A stretch of 64,000 nucleotides of DNA from Negaprion brevirostris. Lineage: Eukaryota. Below the pieces are notes generated by a model. The model saw only the letters and a list, made by a program, of their open reading frames with translations, did no database searches and was not told the origin of the DNA. Of this stretch, positions 36,560-49,768 are shown piece by piece (the stretch's first letter is position 1; the number at the start of each line of letters is the position of its first letter). A program made the translations under genes and the position numbers. The stretch is from the NCBI GenBank assembly GCA_030324005.1, contig JARDVH010000059.1:94977141-95041140 (forward strand). Reading direction: 5' to 3'.

Positions 36560-37680
36560 GCCTCAGATTTAACAAACTTGCTGAAGTTTTTTTTGAAGCG
36601 TTAACATGGTTGATGGGGCAATGCTGTTGATGTGATGTGCATGCACTTCCAAAAAGCATTTGATACACGGCCACACAACATACTTGGGAAAAGTAATAGC
36701 TCATGGAATAAAAGGATAGTAGCAATGTGGATGCAAAATTGACTGAGTGACAGCAAACACAGTACAGGTTAACGGATGTTTTTTGTTTTGGAGGAAGATT
36801 TGTAGTGGATTTCCCTAGGGGCACATGTTGGACCTTCATTTTTCCTGATATGTTGTGTTTAAATTCAAATTTTGTGGATAATATGAAATTTGAAAGCATT
36901 ATGAACTGTGAGGATAGATGCATACAACTTCAAACGGACATTGACAAGTTAGTGGAATTTGTGGACACGTGATAGATGACGTTCAATGCAGAGAAATATG
37001 AAGGGATTCATTTTGTTCGGAAGAATTAAGGGAGACAATATTAGATAAAGTGTATGCAGGAACAGAGGCACCTGGATGTACGTGTGCATAAGCCATTGAA
37101 GGTGGCAGGACAGTTTGAGAGAGTGGTTAATAAAGCATTCAGGCTTTATTAATGGGGGCATAGTGCGCAAGAGCAAGGAGTTTATGTATGAGACTGTACT
37201 TTGAGGCCAAACAATTGCAACTAGTTCTGGGCACTGCATTTAGCCAAGGTACAAAAAGAGTACAGAAAAGGTTCATGAGAATGATTCAGGGATGAAGAAC
37301 TTCTGTTGTTGAGGTAAATTGGAGCAGTTTGGACTGTTTTCCTTGCAGAAGAAAAGGCTGGGAGGACTTTTAATTGAGATATTCAAAATCACGATGGGCC
37401 TGGACAGAGTAGATAGGGAGACATTATTCATACTTGTGAAAGGGTCATGAATGAGTGAACATAGATTTAAAGTAATTGGCAAAAGAAACAACAGAATCAC
37501 ATAGTTAAGATTTAGAATGCACTGCCTGAGATTATGGAAGTAGGAGGGTCAGTCAAAGTATTCTGCTATCTGAAAAAGAGACAGGGCTAGAGAAAAGGCA
37601 GGAGAATGGCACTCGGTGAATTACTCAATTGGAACATCAGTGCAGACTCAGTGAGCCAATAGCCTTCTGCATGTAACAAA
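36560..37680 (+). mobile_element. Decayed CR1 ORF2 and 3' UTR
   Basis: FQKAFD, LQTDIDKL and related segments, similar to 22400-23700. Confidence 0.8.
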
Positions 37681-38314
37681 ATTTTGAGGTTTAGCCATTC
37701 AGTTATTTAGCTTCCAGCTTCGTGAGTCCATTATGATGTTGGATGAAGACATTATAAATGGGATTACCCCAAGCCTTAAAGATTCTCATTGGATATCATT
37801 AAAATTGCAAGTTGCCTGATCCTTTCCGATTACATGCTGGGCCTCTCAAAACCACCCGCAATAAACAATTATTTTTGTATGTTATCTGAGTTACTGTATT
37901 TGCAAATCTCATGAGTAATTGGAAATGTTTACTTTTAGTTAAAGGAATAGAAGAAATATTTTTGAAGGCAAATTATAAACTGTTTTATTTGAATGCTTCT
38001 TTCCCCAAAAGGTTTTTTAAAGATTTCTTGTTGAAGATGTTAGGGAGGGAAAGATAGCTTTGCACTGCATGACATGAACTATTTGAAAAGGGGGAATAAA
38101 AGCTGAGAGTAACAACCAGGTGAAGCTTCAGGATTGCAAATGGCACCCCAAGTGAGAAACGTATTAATTTGTGTGTTAATGACAGTCATGGTAGAGTAGT
38201 AAAAACACTTCATAAATTCTTGTAATAACCCAGATACAGAAATTTTATGGATGTGCAGGATTGTTTTGGGACTGTCATTTGCAAAATGTCGTCTTCACCC
38301 CAACCTATCTAATT

Positions 38315-39050
38315 TGCATTCATGGGATGTGGGCCTCACTGGCTAATCCTGAATCCTATCCTTAGTTGCCCCTGAGAGGTGGTAGGGAGCTGCCTTCTTG
38401 AACTGCCACAGTTATATATTATGGTATTATATAGTATTATAGAAACATTCGCAGTGCAGTTAGGAAGGACGTCCATGATTTTGACCTGGTGCCAGTGAAG
38501 GAATCATAATGTAGTTCCAAGTCAGGATGGTGAGCCTCTTTTGAGGAGAGCATGTTGGTGTTCCCGTGCATCTGCTGCCCTTGTCTTCCTTGGTGGTAGA
38601 GATTGTGGACTTGGAAGATGCTTTTGAAGGAGCTTTGAGTTGTTACAGTGCGTGTTGTGGATGAAACACATTGCTACAACTGTGTGCTGTTGATGGAGGA
38701 AGTCAATCTTAAAGGTGGCGGATATGGTACCAGTTAAACAGACTGCTTTGCCTTGGATTATGTCAAGTTTCCTCTGTTGTTGGAGCTGCAAGCAAATGGA
38801 AAGCATCCCATCACACTCTCGACTTACACTTTGTAGATGGTGGACTGACTTGGGGGTTGGGATTGNNNNNNNNNNTCGGCCTGTGACCTGTTCTTATAGC
38901 CACAGTACTTGGCTGATCCAGTTCAGTTTCTGACTCGGTATGACTCCAACCAGTGGAGAGTTTTCCCTGATTCCCAATGACACAGTTTTGCTAGGGCTGC
39001 ATGATGCCACGCTGGGTCACATGCTGTCTTAGTGTCAGTAACGTCTCTTG
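38315..39050 (-). mobile_element. Second CR1-clade LINE family, 3' part
   Basis: ttcatgggatgtgggcctcactggc.. tail; minus ORF QQQRKLDIIQGKAVCL..TVVAMCFI. Confidence 0.7.
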
Positions 39051-39863
39051 AATTTGGAGTTGTTATTATTAGGTTAATGTTTTGGTTAAATTCTGATGCA
39101 GGTGCTGTTTTGGTATCTCTGCCACTGCTGCTATATAACAGCTTCAGAGTTCTTAAGTTACCTGTGAGAACAATGCAACAAGTAATTTTTCATTTTAGTT
39201 CCTGAGATTTTTAGGCCAACCTTCAAGTTTTGAAAATCTGCCTTTTAGTTTCAGTAGAAAGCATTGTGAATATACATATTCAAAACATATCCAGTGCTTC
39301 AGTAAATGTTTAGCAAACAAACATTGTCACCATTCAGTATCCAAGGAAGGTCAAGTGCACAGTCAAAAAAAAGCACTGGCACAGTCTGCTTACTGTTTTA
39401 CCAACAAACACAAGCTGGAAGTATACATTCACGCACAGCGCTTTTAAAGATCACGTGACCAATGACGGTAACTATTACTTTTTATTGTTTACTTTTCAGA
39501 AATTTGCCATATCTGGCTTTCTAATTAGTTGCTTGTGGTTAATGTGTTCTGCAACTCTGCTGTAGCCAACAGGTTAACTGGCTGAAATTAAAACAGAAAA
39601 TGCTTCCTGTCCACACATGCTGCCATAACATTCTCAGCATTTTCTGTTTTCTAGCTCAGATTCCCAGCATCACCAGTATTCCGATTTTTGATTACAGGCT
39701 AACTGTTTTTTCTTAAACCACGACAGCTACACTTGAAAATTAATTCTGCAGCACATTGGGTGGTGATGAAAACATGAATGCAGATTGCGATGGCTCCATG
39801 AGCAAAGGGCACAATTTTAGCACAACCACGATTTTCAGAATTTGTTTTGCACTTGTGTTCCAG

Positions 39864-39975
39864 GTTGAGGTAGTTGAGGGGGTAGCAGGCGAAGAGGATC
39901 ATCATGATGAGCAAGAAGAACAGGGTGAAGAAAATACCGAGGCTGAAGGGCAGCACGATGAACATGATGATGATG
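39864..39975 (+). CDS. UBR5: UBR5 exon VEVVEGVAGEEDHHDEQEE...DEHDDD (acidic region)
   Basis: tccag|GTT ... GATG|gtaatt; phase 0-1. Confidence 0.95.
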
Positions 39976-40341
39976 GTAATTAATCTGTGCTTTATACTCA
40001 TGATAAATATATTTATCATGTACAAATATGCAGTTCTGATTATTAATGTATCACTTTTTTCGACTAATTATTGCGGGTTCCTGCTCCAGAGTAATCCCTG
40101 GTTATCCCTGCTGGGAAGTTTGTTTGAAACATTTTGTTTGCATATCTGAAAGTCAATTTAGATTTTTCCTGTTAATCCAGCGTACTTGAATTATTTCTGT
40201 TGGAGATGAACTACACCAGTGTACATACTCAATGCTGTTGAAGGCCTTTAAAAGAATGATAGTTAAAAATCAACTTGAAAGGATCATAATTATGTTTCAT
40301 TCATGATTTGCATTGAGAAATGTTCTGTTTGATTAATTTAG

Positions 40342-40473
40342 GGAGTGATATGGAACTCGATCTCTTGGCGGCGGCAGAGACCGAAAGTGACAGTGAGAGC
40401 AACCATAGTAACCAGGACAATGCCAGTGGACGCAGGAGTGTTGTCACTGCAGCTACTGCAGGGTCTGAAGCAG
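40342..40473 (+). CDS. UBR5: UBR5 exon GSDMELDLLAAAETESDSES...AGSEA
   Basis: tttag|GG ... GCAG|gtgatt; phase 1-1. Confidence 0.95.
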
Positions 40474-40916
40474 GTGATTTAACTATAATGGTTTAAATTG
40501 CTAAAATTCAAAATGTTAAACCACTGCTGCTTAAAGTTAACTTGGTCAGTAGGCCACTTGGAAGTGTGCCGATTGCTATTTGCTCCAAATCTTTTTCTTC
40601 AAACATTCTTATTTTGTAGAAAGTACATTTTTGTTCTGGTACTTTTTAATGAGGTATCTTAACCCAGATTTTTTAGCTGCTTTGTAATAATCGCTTTATG
40701 TACAAAAGCACATTTAATCTGCATAATGTGTTATCAGAAGCTCTTAAGTATATACTTTCAACCTTCTGAAATTTAAACAAACCCTTTTCATGTGAATATT
40801 GTAATTAATTTTATCAAGGTATAAAGAAGGCATTCTTGCTAGTCTGAATCTAATTATCAGAACATGCTTACTTGTCTTTTTAACCTGAACAATCAATAAC
40901 TTACCTGCTTATCAAG

Positions 40917-41174
40917 GTGCCAGCAGTGTTCCAGCATTCTTCTCGGAGGATGACTCTCAGTCCAATGACTCCAGTGATTCTGACAGTAGCAGCAGCCAGA
41001 GTGATGATGAAGAGCAGGATACATTTTTGCAGGATGAGCCTTTGGAGAGAACCACCAGCAGTTCTCACGCAAACAGTGCAGCACAGGCACCGCGCTCCAT
41101 GCAATGGGCTGTACGCAGCACCCAGAACCAAAGGTCAACTAATACCACTCCATCCAGTACTAGCACTCCTGCAG
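40917..41174 (+). CDS. UBR5: UBR5 exon GASSVPAFFSEDDSQSND...STSTPA
   Basis: tcaag|GT ... GCAG|gtgagc; phase 1-1. Confidence 0.95.
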
Positions 41175-41738
41175 GTGAGCCAGAAAATTCAGAAAAACAT
41201 GGTGGGAATATTGGGGTTAAAGGTGAACTGTCCATGTTTGCTGTTATTATCCCTCTGAAACTGACCACAGCCTCCAGATGTTGGACTTGTACAAATTAGT
41301 GCAGAAGTCCTAAAGTTGTGGTTTGCTACTCAGCTCCAGCATAGGCTACACTGGCCAGTCCCAGAGCCAGAAATCAGTGAGAAATTCAGCTTTCCTCCAC
41401 CAGATTGGTCTTTGAAACCCCTTTAAAAGGTTGCAACTGTTTTTAACAGTAATGTGCCTAAAGGAATTTGAACAAAATTGCCCCAAAAAATTAATTTTAG
41501 GCTTGCGTTATTTTAAGTGATTATTTGGAAAAACTTTCAGAACGTTTAGCATCTTCCTTCAGCCCATGTATGTATTGCAATCTTAAATTTGCTCCATGTT
41601 TTGGACTGTGCCAAAATCCTTTAATGTAATTGGTTGTTTGGCAAGTCCAATAACATCATTCCAGAGGGCTTAATCCCAGAAATTTGTATTTGTGGCTCAA
41701 TTTCAGATCCAATTTGAAAAATCTCTAGAAAGACATTT

Positions 41739-42348
41739 GAGCTGAGTTTTCCTGGCCCCGTGGAGACTTATTTGGAGGTAGGAGGAGCAGGAAAATATCG
41801 GGTAAACCATGTCGGGACACATCCTCTTGATATCTTCCTGTCTCTAGGAGATTTTCCTAGGAGCTTTGTGGGAACGAAGTTCATAGCCTGCTCCGTGGTG
41901 CCCCAGCTTGAGTGTGAAGCCTGTCCGTTCCTTGGAGGCAACTTACTGGTAGCCCACTGGGAACTATCAGAGTCAGAGACTCCATGCCCTCATGAAAGAG
42001 CCACCAGGATGAAAGGCCATGACAGCAGACAAAAACAATACTGTGTGTATTCCCCCTCTATAGTTAAGGCCCACATGGCAGCGGTGCCATTGTAATTCTC
42101 AGATACGCAGAAGGCGGCCGCAATCACCTTTTCACCTTCACTCTTCTTGGAGCTGCAGACCATTCTCTGCTACAGACCCTTTAGTCCTCTCACCTCAGGA
42201 ATGCCGTCCTTAACAGGACAACAGATGTGGCTGTGAAGCCAGTCTTCTCAAACGTTGTGCTTCTGGGCACTCTGAAGACCTGTGGGGGCTTGGAATCCCC
42301 ATATGGTCTCAATGTTAGGATCCTGATTCTCTCCAGAAAATTCAACCC
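41739..42348. mobile_element. Possible non-autonomous DNA transposon (MITE-like)
   Basis: GC-richer 610-bp block bounded by imperfect inverted ends gagctgagttttcctgg / ccagaaaattcaaccc. Confidence 0.4.
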
Positions 42349-42503
42349 ATTCTAATTGAAAACTGCTTTGTTATAATTGACTAATTCTTTAACTTGTGTA
42401 AAGCAATGTAGGTGTGGGAAAATACACCTTAGTTTTGGTGTATATATTCCTTTGTAAATATCTTATAGAGAACTGTGATCTTGATCATTTATCTGCATTT
42501 CAG

Positions 42504-42772
42504 GGGGCTCAGCAGGTTTAATTTATATTGATCCTTCCACCTTACGACGCAGTGCTACAATCAGTACTAGTGCAGCTGCCGCAGCTGCAGCTCTGGAAGC
42601 GAGCAATTCCAGCAGTTACCTCACATCAGCAAGCAGCCTGGCTCGAGCCTATAGTATTGTCATACGGCAGATCTCTGACCTCATGGGATTAATCCCAAAG
42701 TATAACCACTTGGTGTACTCTCAAATACCAGCTGCCTTGAAAATAACATACCAGGATGCCATGAACTTGCAG
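42504..42772 (+). CDS. UBR5: UBR5 exon GGSAGLIYIDPSTLRRS...YQDAMNLQ
   Basis: ttcag|GG ... CAG|gtttgt; phase 1-0. Confidence 0.95.
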
Positions 42773-43329
42773 GTTTGTTCTGATTAAATGCTAATATAAT
42801 ACAAGTAAGCATATGCAGTCTTGTTTTTTGCCTTTAATCCTTTGTTGTGAAATCTTATTTAGTCTTTTTAAATTCCTTCCATTCAGATACCCATTGCTTA
42901 GGGTCTTTTTTCTAAGCGTTGTCTTTCATTTCCACAATATTATATTTCTTTGCCTGTATTCAGATGCTTCAGTTTAATTTGCTTGATTTTTGTAGTCTTC
43001 CATCCTGTTCGTTCGCTATCTGCGTTTTGAAATTTTACATCCCACTTCATCCATGTATACAATTTCCCTTCCCAGCCCACGTTAGCTGACATTGCAGGGG
43101 TTGCTTCTCCTCAACGATTGTCCCCATGCTTTTTCAAACAACTGTAATTACCTCTCTCTGTCAATCTAAATGCATATGCCTCCACTGCCACTCTCCAACT
43201 ATGCCCATCTCTCCAGTTTGAATCACTCTAATTTCCAATATTCCTACAGTGCCAAAATAACCCTAGCCAGCCACACTTTATGTAACTGTAATATCCATCC
43301 TCAAACTCGAGCCGTTAACATGATCCAGC

Positions 43330-44010
43330 ATCCTTTCTCATTGCTTCTCCTCTGTTATGCAGCTAATTGGGACTGCTGTCACTTGGTTCCACTCTTGCAT
43401 ATCTAAATGTAGTTCCCACACTTGCCTCAAAGACCTGTCTTTGCCCTGCTACCGCTCATTTCTCATTGGCAGTGGCATTCATAGATGGGCCAGTTTTCAC
43501 ACATGTATTCATTGATAGCTAGCTCCACTTCCCCATTATCTCTATCCAGCCTTTACTACGTTTCTCTTGGAAGACTGCAAGTCTGACACCTGGTCTTTTG
43601 ACGAATTGTAGTTTCATCCAACTAAACATTGAGAAGGCTAAAGCCAAAATCTTCAACCTGCAGGCTCAAGCTACGTACCCTTCCCAATGAGTCCAGACAC
43701 ATCCCCAACCCCTCCCAAACTAAACTAGGCCATTTCCAAGTTCCGTGTGCCATTGGATCCTGAGCTGAGCTTTCAAGTGCATATTCAATCCGTCTCAAAG
43801 AGTGGTTACATCAGCCTACGTAACATTGCCCACCACCGTCCTGCCACAGCCCATCAATTGCCGGAATTATACATCTGTACCTTTGTCACCTCCAAACTTG
43901 ACTGTTTCAATGTGCTGGTTTGCATCTACTAAATTCCACAAACATCAGTTCATCTGATATTCTGTTACCTGTACTCTATCACGCACTAAATCCTACTCGC
44001 CTATTACCCT
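43330..44010 (+). mobile_element. Old L2-type LINE ORF2 fragment
   Basis: FIQLNIEK, LDPELSFQVHIQSVSK..LRNIA, FVTSKLDCFN. Confidence 0.7.
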
Positions 44011-44850
44011 GAATTTTTTTTAAAAAGTGCAGCAAATACTCAACTCCTTTTAAAAAAAAATTATTTATGGGATATGGGTGTCACTGGCTCAATCTACATT
44101 TATTGCCTATCCCTGTTGACCTTTACTTAAAGAACTCCAGAGTTGCTCCACTGAACATTTCTCACCAGACCTGGGACAGAAGTCAGAGTGAGAAATATGC
44201 AGCTCCAGACTAGAGGAGCAGAGTGGCAGTCTGGCAGTGATTGATGTTCCACAGAAGTTCTGGTTTGTTGTTTCATGTTTTAAGCCACAAAACTAGATAG
44301 AAAGCCAGTAAATGTAGCTTTTCCAAACGTGAAGTGATTGAGCCTAAATAACCAGAAGGTGAAAGTTATTTGAATGGTATTTGTAATTAATAGGAAGAGA
44401 GAAAAGCAGTCTGGGGGAAAACTATATGTCCCATTGCACCTAGTATGAGGATTGGTAGTCATCGAGCTGTATTGAAAGTTTTTCGGGCTTTTTGTTTGTA
44501 TTTCATTTGTCTGTACTTGAGTGCCACATTTTCTTCTCTCGACAGCATGCATGGCTATTTTGGTGTTTATAGGCCATGTTGGGTTGCTGCAACCAGGGCT
44601 ATCTGCCAATGCTTGCAGAGTATTAACACATTAGGTAAATACTTGCAAAACTTATTTATTCTGTTTATCATCTGGTAAGCTTTAAAGAAAGGTTAGGCCC
44701 ACTGTACTGCTATTACAGTAATGTGACTTAATATGCAAGGCTTTTCTTGAGCAAGTCAAAATACAGTCTAAAACTGTTACTATATTAACAATATTAAGAG
44801 TTTTGATGCTATTGTTTTCTAGAATTAGTTTGATTCACTTATTTCTACAG

Positions 44851-45062
44851 AACTATGTGGAGGAAAAGCTGATGCCTACATGGAACTGGATGGTTAGCAT
44901 CATGGATTCCACCGAGGCACAGTTGCGGTATGGTTCAGCATTATCCTCTGCCGGGGATCCTGGTCATCCTAGCCATCCTTTACATGCTTCTCAAAATTCT
45001 GCTAGGCGGGAGAGGTTAACAGCACGTGAAGAAGCCAGTCTGAGAACATTAGAGGGAAGAAG
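44851..45062 (+). CDS. UBR5: UBR5 exon NYVEEKLMPTWNWMVSIMDSTEAQLRYG...LEGR
   Basis: tacag|AAC ... AGAAG|gtgaac; phase 0-2. Confidence 0.95.
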
Positions 45063-46219
45063 GTGAACTCTCATTTCATGGAATCTTGTCATGTTATGTG
45101 TTGCCAATTAATTAAGATTGACTGCTAAGCACAAAGGACTGTCCCATTTCACAGAATGCAATAAGAGTATTTTTTTTTCTGGTGTCTTGCTCAATAGTAA
45201 CCATACCTTTTGGAAATTCTACGCACCTAGGGCTGCCATTTAATGTGGTTTTCAGACTGTTGGCAGCTTCTTGGGCTGCTTCATCATCTAGCAACTTGCT
45301 GTTTTCTGTGGAGCTGCCCAGAATTTGGGGTAACTGGAATGGCCTCTGAGGAATATGTACTTAATCTTGTATAAGCTCACTCCCTGCTTCCAAATTCTAT
45401 TCCGATTATATTCTTCCTTAAAATTGGCATGTACTTAAAACGCACAGCTCTATGTCAAGTGCCCCCTCCTATGTAGAGTTTCCTGTTAAACTTATTCCTT
45501 TTAAAATAACTTTGCCCAGCTTTCAATCTTTTCATGCAAGAATAATCAATTTGAGATTATTCTGGTAAAAATGGATTTGTATGGTACTGTACGTACACTT
45601 CAATTGAATTTTAAAAAAAACTTTGCTGAGATATATGTTACTGTGTTATGATGGAGCTCTGAAATTAATGAGAACGTTTTGGAAAGGGATGAAGAGGGAT
45701 AATTAGCCTCAGATTGTAATAAACGTTGATGTTGTCTTGCTGGAGAACTTTCTGACCATCACTCGTTACCATGCAGTTTCATAGAAAATATCCAGAATGA
45801 TTTCACTTGGAGTCAGCAAGCCCGCTGCTTCTCCTGGATTACTGGCATAAATTTTTTTCTTTTTTGGACTTTGGCATGTTAGTGTGTATACAAGGGAAAC
45901 TAGTTTTATGAATGGGAAGTTGGAACGTACGTTAGAGAATGTTGAGTAACGTTAAGTAATTGAAAATGGTGCTAATTGATGCTTTCTGACCAGACTTAAG
46001 ACTAGTGCATTTAATCATTGGAGGAGTTGATCTGATGGATTAGTGTGTATGTTCATCTTTCCTATCATGCACACCACCTCTACACATTATTTAACAAGAG
46101 TTCCATCAAACTTTTTGCTCTGTATAAAGTATGAAATGTTTTTAGCTGCTATTATGTTAGTCCATCTTTTTGCAGAATAACAACTGGCAGCTTGTAAGTC
46201 CTGGAAATTAAATTTAGAC

Positions 46220-46710
46220 CTAATATGAAGCTGGTTAGGCCATAACTGGAGTACTGTGTGCAGTTCTAGTCACCACATTATAGGAAGGATGTGATTGCAC
46301 TGGAGAGGATGCAGAGGAGATTTACCAGGATGCTGCCTGGTCTAAGTTCTGAGGATGGATTAGATTGTCTTGGGCTGCTTTCCTTGGATCAGTGAAGTTG
46401 AGTAGGAAGCTGATGATAGATGTATAAGATTGAGGGGCATAGCTTGGGTAGGTAGGTAGACACCTTTTTCTATTTGTCGATGAGTCAATAACTAGGGGGC
46501 ATAGATTTATGGTAAGGAGCAGGGGCTAGAACTCATTGCCTGAAAGGATGGTTGAGTCAGAAACTCCTATAACATTTAAGAAATATTTAGATATTCACTT
46601 GAGCTACCATAATCTCCAGGGCTATAGATCAAGTGCTGGAAAACGGGATTAGTGAAGTTAATCTTGTTGTTTGGGCTGAATGGCCGCCTCCTGTGTTGTA
46701 AATGTCTGTG
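46220..46710 (+). mobile_element. CR1 3' part
   Basis: LVRP*LEYCVQF..RKDVIALERMQRRFTRMLPGL; tail gggctgaatggcc. Confidence 0.85.
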
Positions 46711-46831
46711 ACCCCATGTTGTATGTTCATGTGATATTTTTGCAAATGAATCACTAGGAAAGGTGCATTTAATTTTAGCTGAATTTGTTATCTCAATAGG
46801 TTCAGTAAGAATGTATTAACATGTGATACAA

Positions 46832-47100
46832 AGCAAATTGTGCGGAAGGTGTAGAGAGTCTGCAGAAGGATCTAGATAGGCTGGGCGAATGGGCCAGGAA
46901 CTGGCAAATGGAATTTAATGTTGGNNNNNNNNNNNNNNNNNNNNNNNNNNNNNNNNNNNNNNNNNNNNNNNNNNNNNNNNNNNNNNNNNNNNNNNNNNNN
47001 NNNNNNNNNNNNNNNNNNNNNNNNAGATCAGCCATGATCTTATTGAATGGCAGGGCAGGCTCGAGGGGCTAGATGGCCTACTGCTCCTATTTCTTATGTT
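46832..47100 (+). mobile_element. Young CR1, 5'-truncated, gapped
   Basis: EGVESLQKDLDRLGEWARNWQMEFNV; tail shared with 1795-1895. Confidence 0.88.
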
Positions 47101-47149
47101 CAATCAGTAACATTTTGAACCCATGAAAATTTTAAAATCTTATAAATTA

Positions 47150-47510
47150 ATAAGATATAGGAGCAGAATTGGGCTATTTGGCCCACTGAGTCCGCTCTGC
47201 TATTTGATCATGGCTGAAATGCTTCTCATCCCCGTTTTCCTGCCTTCTCCCATAACCTTCCAACACATTGCCAATTAAACATCTGTCTAACTTCTCAAGT
47301 TTACTCACTGTCCCAGCATCCACTGCACTTTGGGGTAGCAAGTTCCACAGATTCACAACCCTCTGGGAGAAATAGTTTCTCCTCAAATGTTTTATCCTAA
47401 GACTATGATCTCTTGTTCTTCAATGCTCCACCAGCAGAAGCATCCGCTCCACGGTTGCTTTATCCATATCTTTTATCATCTTGTATATCTCAATTTGATC
47501 TCCCCTCTTA
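47150..47510 (-). mobile_element. CR1 3' end
   Basis: Minus ORF RRNYFSQRVVNLWNLLPQSAVDAG. Confidence 0.85.
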
Positions 47511-47688
47511 AAATTCAATAGCATCAAAAGTGTTAACATATTTGATCAAATTAATCTGCATACAACTTTTAAAGACATGCCTTAATTCCTTATTTTGTTT
47601 GATTTAAATTTGCTAAACTGATTTAATATGGATGTGCATTAAATATTGATTCTCAGTTTGTTTGCCAATGTTTTCTCTATTTCCCCAG

Positions 47689-47919
47689 GCGCGCTACTTT
47701 GTTGAATGCTCGTCAAGGAATGATGTCTGCACGTGGTGATTTTCTCAATTACGCCCTTTCTCTGATGCGTTCCCACAACGATGAACATTCTGATGTCCTG
47801 CCAGTGTTGGATGTTTGTTCGTTAAAACATGTAGCTTACGTTTTCCAGGCACTTATCTATTGGATTAAAGCAATGAACCAGCAGACAACATTGGATACAC
47901 CTCAACTCGATCGAAAACG
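47689..47919 (+). CDS. UBR5: UBR5 exon [24 protein letters not shown]...QLDRK
   Basis: cccag|G ... AAACG|gtactt; phase 2-2. Confidence 0.94.
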
Positions 47920-49694
47920 GTACTTTACTTTCAGGTTGAGTGTTGTTGGGAAAACTCTCTTTTTTATTTCTCAGCCCGTCAGATCAAATTGGCTATTTTT
48001 TGGCGTCCTTGCACTGACGGTTTTCCAATAATAGAATTCTGTAGGTAATTCCATGATTGTGACCTAGCCGTTGTGAAATTGCTTTTGCCAGCAGCTAGTC
48101 TTTTTACTTAAGACTGGACTTATTTACAGAGTGCAATATTACTTATGTCTACTTCCTTACCAGCACTCAGCCTGTCTCTACATCTTTTGGAACCTAATAA
48201 AATAAACAAATTAATTAATTAAAAGCCCCTTAAAGGGGTAGTGTAATAAAAACAAAGTTCCTCTTGTGTGTTTCCAAGATAGTTGAGTTAATATCCTCCA
48301 CTTGTTTATCCTTCACCTTATCAATACAATTAACATGAATGATGAGGGTATAGGAAGAGCAGCATATAAAATTGGCAACATGAAGTGATGGTAATCTTGT
48401 TACTCTTGTCTGTCTTGTTTATTGAGATTGCAGAGTTGGGTTTTTTGCAGTTGCTTCTGTAGATATGTTTTTCAGCCACAGTTAATTGATGATGGGGTTA
48501 AGTACTGGGTCTGGTGTGTTGCTCTGTCACTTGAAAAGTGGACTGTGCTCTCCTAAGTGATATTGAGCTGCTTCTGTTCTTGAGGCTGAAGCTGTGTCGA
48601 GAGAATTCCATCACACTTGAGTTCAGTTTTATACATGGTGTAAAGTCTTTGAGGGGACAAAGCTACATGCTCGCTAGTGTACCTGGCCTCTGCTCACCTC
48701 TTATAACCACATTGTTAATGTTATGGCTGTTTAAGCTGCTGGGGAGCCTTAGTAGTTGTTGGACAGTGGTGGTGCTGTCAGCTGCAACACTAGGCATGAA
48801 TGCTATCAGTTGTTGTTGTTGTTGTTACAATGCCTGCCAGGAAGTTTGTGGAGTCCCTTCATTTTTTTATTCTGTGGATCATGCTCATTTACTTGTTTCA
48901 AGATGAATATTGACATAAGTCAACATGGCACTAAAATTAATTGATATATTTGTAATGATTTCCTTAATAATGGTTAATTACTGGAGAAGTGTGGTTGGCA
49001 TATGTTTATATGTGCTCATATGGCCATCTGCTTCTGATTTATATGTTCATATGATTGTAAAGAATGGGCTTGACCTATATAGTGTGTCCTTCACATCACA
49101 AAGGTGAATTATTTTTGGAAAAATTAAACATACTGCAGGATGTTGCTGTGTTTCAATACATATGAAGATACAGTTACCAGGTTGCTGCTCTGTATGGGTA
49201 TAAGTTGTAATAGCACAGATGCTTGACTTAATTGCGTTTGAGGTGTGAATTGGCTTAATGATACTTCGAACATGTTCAGTTATTTTATATATTGCTACGT
49301 AACCCAAAAATTCAAACTTCATGTAAATTGATGAACTGCTTAATATGTGACCTAAATATTTCTGGAGTAATTTCCAGTATTTGGGAGTTCTCAAACTAAA
49401 GATTGGAAGTCAGTGGATGAAGTGGACCAAATCATGTTATTTTATGAATGGCAATGTGTTTTCAGAAAAAGACATTAAATTCCAAATTAAGCATTTTGGC
49501 ATGAAATTTAATTGTTGTTGTGTTTATGGTTTTTGAAGCAAAAGTGAAAATCTACACTTCAAAAGTAATTAGTCTATTTGCTTTCTGTTTACTTTCTGTT
49601 TAGTATAAGTTTACTTTACCAGTGTTAAGCTAGTAAAATTAGAGGAACTATGGTTTTATATTTGAAACTAAATCTAATGTGCCTCTCTTTGCAG

Positions 49695-49768
49695 GACCCG
49701 GGAATTGTTGGAGCTGGGTCTTGACAATGAGGATTCAGAACATGAAAATGATGATGATACAAATCAAA
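49695..49768 (+). CDS. UBR5: UBR5 exon RTRELLELGLDNEDSEHENDDDTNQ
   Basis: tgcag|G ... CAAA|gtgagt; phase 2-1. Confidence 0.95.

Noticed and set aside
40899-40907. ACTTACCTG (U1 5'-end match, perfect antisense donor) in an acceptor region
   Set aside because: A single 9-mer in 64 kb is compatible with chance, and no antisense exon structure is evident.
40893-41268. Overlapping and antisense ORFs across UBR5 exons (also 9370-9691, 31442-31729, 39699-40025, 55162-55356)
   Set aside because: They are shadows of real exons or low-complexity codons, with no independent protein features.
47920-47934. Possible alternative donor 15 nt downstream (CAG|gttgag), adding YFTFR in frame
   Set aside because: Weak donor consensus; the proximal site already reproduces the expected protein.
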